DNA of 64,000 bases from Carcharhinus amblyrhynchos (taxonomy: Eukaryota): contig OZ336885.1 of assembly GCA_965287045.1 (NCBI GenBank), positions 36,208,001-36,272,000 of the forward strand. Direction: 5' to 3'. This document shows positions 53,470 to 64,000 of the stretch, in pieces. A program made the translations under genes and the position numbers. Numbering within the stretch: the stretch's first letter is position 1; each line of letters opens with the position of its first letter. Under the pieces are notes generated by a model, which searched no databases, had not been told where the DNA came from, and saw nothing but the letters and a program-made list of their open reading frames with translations.

Positions 53470-54620
53470 GGACTCGAGGAGGAAGAAAAATAATGAAATG
53501 CTCTCACCTTTTTGTTTTGTATTTTGCTTTCTGTTTTTTTTTAGCCCTCCCTCCTCCTCCTCCTCTCTCTCTCTATTTTGGTTTAATTGTTCAGTTGAAG
53601 CGCGAGCCGCCCGCTCGGCCGAGCCGGCAGCAGCAGCAGCGAGAGGGAGAGAGAGAGAGAGAGAGAGAAGAGCGCGAGCCGCAAACAAAGGGCCTCCTCC
53701 TCCTGCCGCCGCTTCAATCTCCTCCTCACATCAAACCCCGAGCGGCGGCCACGGCGGGCGGTGCTTCCAGCGCTGACTGGAAGAGGGAGCTCTTTATACA
53801 GAGAGAGATAGAGGTAGAGGAGGGGGAGGAGGAGGAGGAGAGAGAGGGGAAAGAGAGAGAGAAAAAAAGACAACTGAAGGCCACCGAACAGAACCAGCTT
53901 CTGGAATAAAACAGGAGCTTGGTGGTGGTAGGGGGGAATGAGAGAGAAGGAGAAGAAAACTTTAACAGACCGAGCCAACTTTTTTTTCTCCCCGGTCGAA
54001 AACTTTCTGAGGCGCAAACCCCCGAAGGGAGGACGAGAGGGAAAAAAAAGAAAGGGAGGGGGCGGCGGCGGTGAAAAATTTCAATTGCTTTCGGACAATA
54101 ATTCACTGAGCCTTCCCTGGCCAAAATGGCGTCCGAGAAAGAACGGAAGTGACGTGTGCGCCTTATTTGCATAGGGACTATTGTCCAATAGAGAGCAGAG
54201 TTGAGCAGCACTGTGAGGGCAATTCCCTCTTCCCCCCCAGCCCTCAGACATGGGGTTCATGGCCCCCTCCCCTCATGCCAACACGGGGGGAAGGGGGAAA
54301 AGAGAAGGGCCGAGTGGGTGTGGGAGTGATAAGTATGGTTCATGTTGTTGTCTCAGTCTCCCCCTCTTGGCTGCAGCCTCGCGAGAATGGGAGCAGGGCG
54401 TGCCCTCCCCGGAGCCGCCACGAGGGGCGCTCTCTCTCACTCCCCTCCTCCCTCCCTCTGCTGCCTGTGGCCAGGCGGCGGCAGCAATGCGCAGGTGCGG
54501 ACTACAGGGCATCTGGCGCCTCCATCTGCTCAGCGTGCGCTCGCAGACCTCAGCACACACATGTGCACACAACCTGATTCAGCACTTGGGTTATCACTGC
54601 GCCCCGGGGCCTGCTCCAGC
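53470..54620 (-). promoter_or_regulatory. ADNP: ADNP CpG-island promoter and first non-coding exon region
   Basis: Marked CpG/GC enrichment against an AT-rich background; strong minus-strand donor AAG|gtgaga at 53508 (alternative AAG|gtagag at 53270); YY1, ETS-CRE, octamer and CCAAT motifs at 54122-54189; GA microsatellite. Confidence 0.8.
53641..53672. repeat. (GA)n microsatellite
   Basis: gagagggagagagagagagagagagaagag. Confidence 0.85.
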
Positions 54621-57600
54621 ACTACTTTCTGACAGCCTTGGTGGGATGTCCTCCATTTTGTCACACTAGAAAGTTGCAGTTGACAAAGAGGGGAGGGTGG
54701 AAAAAAGAAAGATGCTCATGTTCAAACTTCAGGATTTAGCTATATTTTTTACACACGTGACATATTTCAGGGATTCATTGGCTCACAGCTGTATGAATAG
54801 CCACAAGCTCAGATATGTTCACAGTGACATATGGAAAGATGATGAATTGTACCTTCAACTTACGAAAGCCTAACAGTTGAATAGCTTGAAACGTATGGTT
54901 CTCATTTATGAATGGGAAGAAACTGTTCACTAGTGCATGTTTGGAGATCATTCAATATGATAATATAAGATAGTCTTAGATTTAAATAATATTGACTAGT
55001 AGGTGATCAGTTTAATATATACAAGTTAGGTTCCCCATCACAACATTTTTAACATCTTCAGTGAAAAAGTCATATTAACTGACAACCCATTGACGCTTCG
55101 ATATGGAAAAGTTCTAAATTGCAATGGTCTAGACAGCAGATATAAACCGTCTCCAGTGGCAGAATTGTCAATGCTGGAAAATTTATGATGGGCCAAATGG
55201 ATGTCCTCCATTATGACCATTTTGTTGATTTTCATTCTTATATGATGCATGGTAAAAGTGATGCATGCAACAAGTTACTTCATTTTGCAATTCCTTCAAA
55301 GGTATTCTTGGACTGGAAACTAGACATTAATTATATCAAAAACATTACAAGTTTTCTTTTAATAAAAACATTGATCCTTTTCTGTACCAGCTATTTCAGA
55401 ACACCTTATCTGAAATTAAATGGATTGTGAATTTTTAATGGCTCAAGTGACAATTGTGTTCTCGAATTGTAGTTGAGAATATTTTGCATGTCTAAATGGG
55501 AGACACAGCTAGTTGCTGATAGAATGCATCTATCAGTGGTTAAAAGGAACAGATCATTTTGAAAATGTGGGATTTCTACATTTACAACTTTTAATGCCAA
55601 AAATAATCAATTTATCACCTATTAACTTAAATAATTGCTTTAAGATATGATAGCATTTGTCAACCATGCAATGGTTTTTATATTAACTTACGTTCTTTTA
55701 AAGATAATACAGGTGGGATACACTAACTGATTCCAACTAGGGAAACTATTTGATGTCTATCTTCCAACCAATATTTAAATATTCACCATTTGTCTTAAGG
55801 AGATACTTGCACTTGAATAATAGGAAATTATCCTTAAAAAATGATCTACATTAAAAAGGGGAGAGTCAGAGTTAGCCTCAATTCAAAAGATAGCAATCAT
55901 TTTTGTGAAAATTGCAATATTATGTGGCTTCTTGAGAAAGTTTAAATTTACTTTAATAATGTCTAAATGTTGCAGTTTTCATGCAAAGCTTAAAAACAAA
56001 GTAATGTGCAAGGGCATAGACAACTTAGAATTGTACACTCGCCTTCCAAATCATGTCCCTTACATCTATCCCATATGGGTAGTCCAAGGTCATGTTCCAC
56101 CACAAATGTTTGTACTTACGTTTAATTTTCTAGAATTGACCGGAATTCACCATATTTGGTAGATTTTTCATCAAAATCATTAAGGGTACGACGTGATCAA
56201 TGAATCCCTACAGTACAGGAGGTCATTCGACCCATCAAATCTGTACTGACCACTTTCCAAACCAGGCCCTATTCCCGTAACCCGCATTTACCTTCCTAAT
56301 CTCACTGACACTAGGGTCAACTTAGCATGGCCAATCAACCTAACCTGCACATTTTTGGATATTTTAAGGTTTATTCATCTGCAACTGCCACCATACCATA
56401 ACTTCCTCAAAAGCTATTTAAACAGTAGTTTCTCTTTCCCTGAACAGAAGTACTCTTGCCACTACCCCTTATCCACCCAAGGTTTTCTTATGTTGTTAAA
56501 TTTTTTCTAGTGCATATTGCAATTTTCACATCAATCCTCTTCTAGTTCAGAGATATCCATACTTCTGGAATATGACTTTCCAAATTGATGGCACTCTTTT
56601 TGCCCTCAACTTCACCCCCCTCCCACACAACTCCCTCATTTTACTTTTCCCTCTCCACCCACACCCATCCTTCCCTTCTCCCTACCTCCTCCCTCTCCTC
56701 TATTACTTTCCTTCCCCTCTGTACTCTTAAAAGAAAGTCAAAACTTGAAAAAAAAGCACAGGCATTTCTATCATCTTCATTAAAGTTCTGACTGTAAACT
56801 AACCTGGAGCGAAAAAATGTTAATGCTTAATAGTGCCTCCTTCTTTCAAATGCCAATTTACCTCAAAGTTACGTTTCCCTGACACTGGAATCAATTATTT
56901 AAACAAAAGCATTGTATTTTTCATCTGATGGCCAGTATTGAGATTGCACCGGTGAGAACAGCATGTTGAATTGGCTTAGATCATTAGTTTTATTTGTATC
57001 AAAAAAAAGGAAGCTGAAGATGTAATAACTTCGAAATTTAACAACTTTGGTTTTAAATCTGATACACCTGTAACTTCCACTTAATTTATGCCATCATGAA
57101 ATGTAAAACTAGCCTGGTGTAGAGCTGAAGTAAGTAGGTTCCAGCATTCACTTTTAAGTGGTCATGATTCACTTGAAAATTCTCACTTCAGCATACTGAT
57201 TAGTTGTCTCAATTCCCATTTCATACAAATCGGAGTACTAGGCCAAAATCATGTTTTGTTTTGGTAAGTTTTTGACTAAGTGAAATACTTTTGGCCATAC
57301 TGAGTGCGGGAATACCCCATGGACCTTTTATCTTCAGTTGTATGCATAACCTGACATCCATACCAAACTAGGGATTTTATGTTGATTTTCACCTCAAACT
57401 GCTTTATAGCAAAAGTGAAATCAGGTACTTAAATGATTGTACATGGTTGCTATCGTGGTGCATCAATAAACGATACTACTCTCAACTTGAACACCAAAAA
57501 TACATAGCACTGCACTAATGCTGACACAAGTAGTAATTATAACGTTTAAAGTAACTGTACTACACACTAAGATCAGTAAGCTAACCAATAGTTTGAGTTT

Positions 57601-57769
57601 TATAATTTTACAAACATAGCTCTTTTTTTGGTGGGAGGAGTGGGGTAGGAGAGTGAATGGGTAGAAAAGTGAGATCTCAAAAAAAATCTCTCATCAGTCG
57701 GTAACTTTTTTTTAAACAGAGTGAGCAAGCAAGTTATCAGCAACTTTGACTCCACCAACAATAGATAAC

Positions 57770-58000
57770 TGCTTGCACTTATCTATTAGCACTCGTGATT
57801 ACCTGTAAAGGCTTGTTATTCAGCTGGCCTACACTGCACTACATTGACACTCATGATTACCTGAGTGTGCCGGGCTGTCGTCACTCTGTGCCTGCGTGCC
57901 TCTCTCCACTTCACCTGATGAAGGAGCAGCACTTCGAAAGCTTTTGATTTCAAATAAACCTGTTGGACTATAACCTGGTTTGTATGACCTCTTATCTTAA
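57770..58000 (+). mobile_element. Penelope-like element end with hammerhead-ribozyme-like core
   Basis: cacCTGATGAaggagcagcacttcGAAAgc followed by aaataaacctgttggactataacctgg, the same terminal motif as in 47090-47295. Confidence 0.65.
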
Positions 58001-58551
58001 CAGTAGATAGGTACCACTTTAGATGGTTCTCATTTCTCTCTTTCTTTGTTGGGGATTGAGTGTGATGAATGCCTCCCCACAACAAGTATAGTGCAAGGTT
58101 AGGAACTCAGCTAGAGGATCATAAACATGTATTAACAGCCTACCATTCACTACCATGGCATTTGGACTACATGTGAAATGTCTGAACCCCACTGTCAGAC
58201 TGAAGTATGGGTCAACAAACCTCTACCATGTGAGAAACAATTAGTCATTTTGATTTTTCCCCAGGCATCTAACTAATGGTGTGAGGCCAGGGTCACTGTC
58301 CCAATTAAGGATGGTGGGGAGGCTCTTGAAGCTGGAAAAATAAGCAAAGGATTTTCAGCTTGAAAAGAGCAGCAACTTGCAGTGGAAGTTAAGCAAGGGA
58401 GCCAGTGCTTCAAAATAGAGCTGATTTCCAACTTAGTTAAATTTTAAAAAAGTGACTTTCACAGCCGGGGGAGCAGCAGGTGACGCCATCCCTCATCTCA
58501 GTCCCAAATCGGCAAACCCTTATGCTGAAACTCTGACCTCTAGTTAGTACA

Positions 58552-58880
58552 TAGAACATTTACAACTCTGAAGGAAGCCATTCAGCACACCGTGTCTGTG
58601 CCAGCCGAAAAACATGTTACCCAGCCTAATGCCACTTTCCAGTTCTTGGTATGTAGCCTTGTAGGTTACCTCAAGCATTTTCTCAAGGTGATGAGTAATT
58701 ATCTCTCTACCACCATTTAAGGCAGCAAGTTACAGACCCCCCCACTCAAGTTGAAAGAAAATTCTGAACTCCCCTAGTCCTGCCTGTTTACTTAAAATTA
58801 ATGTTTCTGGTTTTTGACCTCTCTGCTAAGGGGAATAGGACCTTCATATCTATTCTATCTAGGCCTCGCTTAAATTTTGT
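58552..58880 (-). mobile_element. CR1 3' fragment
   Basis: catagaacatttacaac...ggaagccattcagc tail and tattctatctaggcc. Confidence 0.6.
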
Positions 58881-59139
58881 ACAGATCAAGATTCCCTGAC
58901 CAGTGGAAACATTCAATTTTCTCATGTCCGATAAGAATTTTACTTGTTTCAGTTAGGTCACCTCTCAATCAGATTATAGTTGGGATTTTTCAGTGCACTC
59001 ACTCCAAAATTGGAAAATCCCGTCTGAGGACAACAGACGTTTGCTTCATCCAGTCCCCTCCCCTTCCCCCCTCCCCGTCCACTATGATTCCCGTGGTAGG
59101 CGGGCCCGGAAAACTCCCCAGTATGTATTCAAGCTCCAC

Positions 59140-59480
59140 TGTGGACTTGAGCACGTCATCTGCACACATCTTTAGCTGAGGAGTGTTGTGCAGTCAGATG
59201 CTGTCCTTCAGCTGAGACATTAAACCAATACCTTCTCTAATTCCTGCAAAATATCTCAGGCCACTATTCAAAAAGATAACAACACAGTTCTCTGTCCTTG
59301 TTCCCCTCAACAGAACAACCAAAAATATATGACCTAATCATTTATTTAGCCAATCATGCATACATTTCTTGGCATAACAACAATTGCTACAATTCAAAAA
59401 TAATCCATTGCTTGTAAAACAGGTTTGTGATGTCCCAAGGATATGAAAGCTGATATAAGGGTGGAAGTTCTTTGTTTCTA
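59140..59480 (+). mobile_element. Deu-domain SINE (SacSINE1/AmnSINE-like), decayed
   Basis: tgagacattaaacc...ggccactattc...cccctcaac...ctacaattcaaaaataatccattg...tgtcccaagg...tgaaagctgatataag resembles the DeuSINE core. Confidence 0.6.
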
Positions 59481-59556
59481 AAATTTTTGTTTTTATATAT
59501 GAACTCGCTAGGTCAGGAGCATCAGGCACAAACACGTGTTCCAACACAGCCGTATC

Positions 59557-59862
59557 GGGCGGCACGGTAGCACAGTGGTTAGCACTGCTGCTTCACAGCT
59601 CCAGGGACCTGGGTTTGATTCTTGGCTTGGGTCACTGTCTGTGTGGAATTTGCACATTCTTGTGTCTGTGTGGGTTTGCTCCGGTTTCCTCCCACAGTCC
59701 AAAGATGTGCGGGTTAGGTTGATTGGCCATGCTACATTGCCCCTTAGTGTCCTGAGATGTGTAGATTAGAGGGATTAGTGGGTAAATATGTGAGGATGGG
59801 ATTGTGGTCGATGCAGACTCAATGGGCTGAATGGCCTCTTTCTGTATTGTCAGGATTCTATA
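59557..59862 (+). mobile_element. HE1-type V-SINE, near full length
   Basis: tRNA head (gggcggcacggtagcacagtggttagcactgctgcttcacagc...gggtttgattc), V-domain (tccggtttcctcccacagtccaaagatgtgc) and a CR1-like tail. Confidence 0.9.
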
Positions 59863-61792
59863 TTATCATTAAATTTACATTTTATTAGTAAACACTTACT
59901 AATGGTAAGAATTACATTGAAGTTTGTGAATAAATCTTTTTATATAGTCTTCCAAAAATAGATTCATGGAAAGACTACAATCTGCCAAACATTGTGGTTA
60001 ACAGAATAGGTCATAATTGCTCATTGACCCCACTGGAACAACAATGACATTTCACATTTCAGGCACATTGTTGGTGCAAAGACAGAACCTAGAATAACCA
60101 TTCTGTAAAAACATCTGTAATATCATGATAGTCAGGAATTGTTTTTGGTAAAGATCTGAGAGAGTTTGGTATATGTGTTATTGGTGATAATGTGTTTACT
60201 CATTCAAAGTCCAGGCATATAGCAGGCCCCAGAATTATTTTCAATAGGCAACCAGTATCTGACCAAATATGAAAAGAATCTAATAAAAAAACTCATTTGG
60301 TTTAGCCCATTGTCAAAAGGAGATCAAAACTCAATGTCAAGAAAGATTTATATCAATCTAACAGCAGTTGAAACAAGTCAGGAATTTAAGTTATATTACA
60401 CACAGACACCACTTAAAACCACACAGATTAGTTAAGTGAACATGCAACCTGTTTTTCCAATGAGACTATGCGGTAAACATACCTGCGCAGTTTTCATTGA
60501 TAACCTGAAATAGTGCAAAATTGAAAGATTAAAATTTCTAGACCCCATTTGAATTCAGAATTAACCAGAAAAAATGAAAAACTGACTGCATATATGCATT
60601 AGTCAGTGAATTTCAAGCATGCTCATGAGAGAGTAAAAACTGTACTAAATTTGATAAAAATTAGTACAGTTATTACTTTTGTTGACAAATGATGCCATGG
60701 AAAGGTACAACACTGGTTTACATTTATTATTCCTCCCATGGCTAGATTTGGGTCACAGATTGGTGGAGATGCCAAGTGGAGATGAGAGATCTCATCAGTT
60801 AGGAGGTCAAGAATAAAAACAAATAAAAACAATATATGCACACTCACAGTGTCTCTTCGTGGTGACACTGGGATAGTCCTGAGAATTGTTTTCCTGAATT
60901 ATGACATTGGAACGAGAGAAGAAATAAAATTACAGCGGTTGGAAATACTGACACAATAAATGTATCCAAGGACACTAAAGATGGACCTACAACCTGTTGA
61001 GTGCAACAGTATAGAAGAGTAAATTGTATTTAAGTGGATGTTTATATGGATATTTGCAAACTTTAAGCTGTTTTACCTTTGTGAGAAGTGAAAGTTCAAT
61101 TAAGCTAGGAATAATAGTGTACAACTTCTTTCATTTATATAAAACCTATATGCAAATTAAGACAAATTAAGCAAAAGCATCAGAAATCTTTCAAAAAACT
61201 TAAGTAAAATTGCTATACTAGTATATTATGCTAAGTGGATTTTTTATAGATGAGAAATTAAGAAACATCGAAACTTTTATAACTCAATGTTCTACAGAGC
61301 AGAAGGATGAATTGTCAATTATATCTCAATTTATATATGTAGATTTGCACCTCAAATTACTATGGTAATGAAGTGCATTTATTAAAAGGAAGTTACAAGG
61401 GAAGTGTGATTACAATAGCATCTGTGTTGAACAGCCATTTTCATAGCATTGATTCTTCCAGTTTGACTGGGTGATAAATTGAAATAAAGTTATGCCTGTA
61501 TTTTTTAACTATTTAAAATAACTGATAGTTAAATAATACCACAAATGATCTATGGAAGTCGTAGGATTATTACCATTGTGAGTCAAGCAAAATTAATATT
61601 TAATACTTATTCAGACTAAAATAATTTTATTTCAAACTATATTTTACAATTGTTCACTTATTGAGGTGTGCTACAGATTTGTACAAATATAAAATTGGAC
61701 TTTACAATGAGATTGTGAAATAGGAAAATGCACAAACCTAGTCTTAAAACATTCTAGACATAGAACATTTCAGTACTAAATATTAGTCTTGA

Positions 61793-61933
<141 letters not shown>

Positions 61934-62935
61934 TCAATGTAAACATGAACATCACAAAACAAAGTAAGCTGACAAGAATTACAGAATTTCAATATTGCTA
62001 CAAAAGGGAGACACATTGCTGGAGGTTTTCGTCTTGCACTCATTAGAACAAATGCAAGACCAAATTTCAAAAGATCACAATATATTCCACAGGAGAAAAG
62101 GATGCTGATAGGTTGGCAAGTTGACTGTGATTGGCCGAGTGTTTCCATGGAGAAAGCAACAGGGAACTCCGCTCCCCAGGTAGTTCAAAAAAGACAAAGT
62201 TAAAAAGAATTACTTTTGTTTGCAGAGGGTTCCTGCATATGAATATATGTCGCTTTGAGCAAGTTTAAATGAGCAATGTTAGTTTGACTAAAGATCTTAA
62301 ATTAGTTGTTAGTATAGTTAACAGCACCTTTTGATGAGTGCAAGATGAAAAGTTTCATCAACATATCTCTCTTTTCAGCAATATCTCAAGAATTAATTGG
62401 CAACATACTCTCTGACAGTATTACTTAACACTATTAACCTTCTCCATTTTATCACTGGGAATAAATTCATAATGTATTTAGAAACTGATAATATAATTTA
62501 AGGAATTTATTTTCCCACAGCAAAGAAAAGCACAACCTGCACAAACAAAAATCACTAAACATGATCTTGTGATGCAGTATATTGATTTTAGGATAATTCC
62601 ATCTTCTTCTGCAGTGTTTTTGAACGTGCATGAATATTTAGTTCATGATGTCATAAACAGTGTGCACGCTGAAATAAACTGGCAATCCCTTACAAATTTC
62701 CCAACTGGTTCTTTCCAAGTCAATTTTATGTTTAAAAAGAAATACTCACATCTCACAAATGTGAAAGTATCAGTGAAAGCTATTCCATTCAATTAAGAAT
62801 TGAACTAAAATTATAGAACTGAAAACAATTGAATACTGCATCTTTTAAGAGAAGTAGTTTCAAAAAAAAGGTTGAAGAAAAGGGAAACAGCTCAATAGGC
62901 CATGAACTGCAGACTTGCATAATATTCAGGTGGAT

Positions 62936-63358
62936 CATGGAGTCTGGGCCTATACTCAATGGAGTTTAGAAGGGTGAGGGGGAGATCTAATTGAAATTCA
63001 CAAATGCTGAGAGGCCTAGATAGAGTGGATGTGGAGAGAATGTTTCCACTAATGGGGGAAACTAGAACTCGAGGGCACAATCTCAGAGTGAAGGGACTCT
63101 CCTTTGAAACTGAGTTGAGGAGGAATTTCTTCAGCCAGAGGCTGGTGAACCTTTGGAACTCATTGCCACAGAGATCTGTGGAGGCCAGGTCATTGGGTGT
63201 CTTTAAGACAGAGATAGATAGGTTCTTGATCAATAAGATGTTCAAGGGTCACGGGGAGAAGGCAAGAGAATGGGGATGAGAATCATCAGCCATGATTGAA
63301 TGGCAGAGCAGACTCAATGGGCCAAATGGCCTAATTCTGCTTCCATATCTTATAGTCC
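62936..63358 (+). mobile_element. CR1 LINE 3' fragment in a DPM1 intron
   Basis: GLDRVDVERMFPLMGETRTRGHNLRVKG...RRNFFSQRLVNLWNSLPQ. Confidence 0.9.
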
Positions 63359-64000
63359 TATTCCAGACTCAAAACCGTGGCTTATGCAGAATCAGCTGAT
63401 TTTAGTTGGGGCCACAACAAAGGGCTTACACATAGCTTTACTGTCCCAGTATAAGATAGAAGAACCAAAGGAGGCAAGGTTCCTACTTTTTGATGGTATT
63501 GAGAGATTTTTTTTGCTGAAGTCACAATGACTGAAGCCAATGTATTCAGCCTATAAATTGTAATAAAGAACAGACATAAGATATCCTCAGTATATTGATG
63601 TAAAATTATAATAGAATCAACTGCAGCCATTTTGCCCTCATCCTTCTGAGCAACATATTGAGAAAACTGGCTGGGGTGAAATCATGCCCAACCAAAAGTG
63701 AATATTAATTGATAAACTGTCAACTAGTATATCTTATGGCGGGAGGAAACACAGGCCACAGCTGTATTTAGGTTATGAGGAGAGAGTCCTGCATGTATTC
63801 TTTATTAGGTTGTAAACTTCAATTTTGCTTTCTATAATTTGATTCAGAAGTTTAAAGGCTCAAAATATGGATTGTGGAGAATACCAGCAACTTACCAACA
63901 ATTTTAGGAAATTCTTACAAAACACTGGATATTTTCTAAGTTATATAAAGACATGTAACCTTTTGGGTTAAGTGCTCACACTTTCTAACAATCTCATCAG

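Noticed and set aside
53213-54669. Several overlapping 96-187 aa ORFs on both strands
   Set aside because: Low-complexity translations of the GC-rich promoter and GA/CT microsatellites; no recognisable domain
59557-59632. tRNA-like sequence
   Set aside because: It is the head of a V-SINE, not a tRNA gene
61498-61539. AT-rich inverted repeat in the DPM1 3' UTR region
   Set aside because: About 15 bp of almost pure A/T, expected by chance at this composition
63888-64000. Donor-like gtaagt considered as the DPM1 penultimate exon
   Set aside because: The translation does not give the expected SKGYVFQMEM-type sequence; that exon must lie beyond the window

Overview
Vertebrate genomic DNA, almost certainly from a cartilaginous fish (shark-type HE1/V-SINE, Deu-domain SINE and abundant CR1 LINEs). 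The window holds the BCAS4(+)-ADNP(-)-DPM1(-) block, the same gene order as human 20q13. It contains the last two coding exons of BCAS4 (3027-3643), the complete ADNP coding region in three exons (34548-34441, 30921-30829, 26392-22673; 1306 aa by my count) with its CpG-island promoter (~53.5-54.6 kb), and the last coding exon of DPM1 (61897-61793). The rest is intronic or intergenic DNA full of decayed CR1/L2 LINEs, SINEs, probable solo LTRs and DNA transposon relics. Most notable: (1) a 36-bp/12-aa tandem expansion behind the ADNP homeodomain that carries four CtBP-type motifs (VLDLS, ALDLS, PLDLS, VLDLS); (2) loss of the NAP/SxIP motif and an ARKS->ARKM change while the HP1-binding PxVxL motif is kept; (3) an internally deleted Helitron with both candidate termini in an ADNP intron; (4) a ~250-bp inverted repeat and a pre-miRNA-sized hairpin in the ADNP 5' intronic region; (5) Penelope-type elements with hammerhead-ribozyme cores and target-site duplications; (6) paired CTCF/ChAHP-like motifs near the ADNP promoter. 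Human comparisons are from memory, and repeat boundaries are approximate because they were read by eye.
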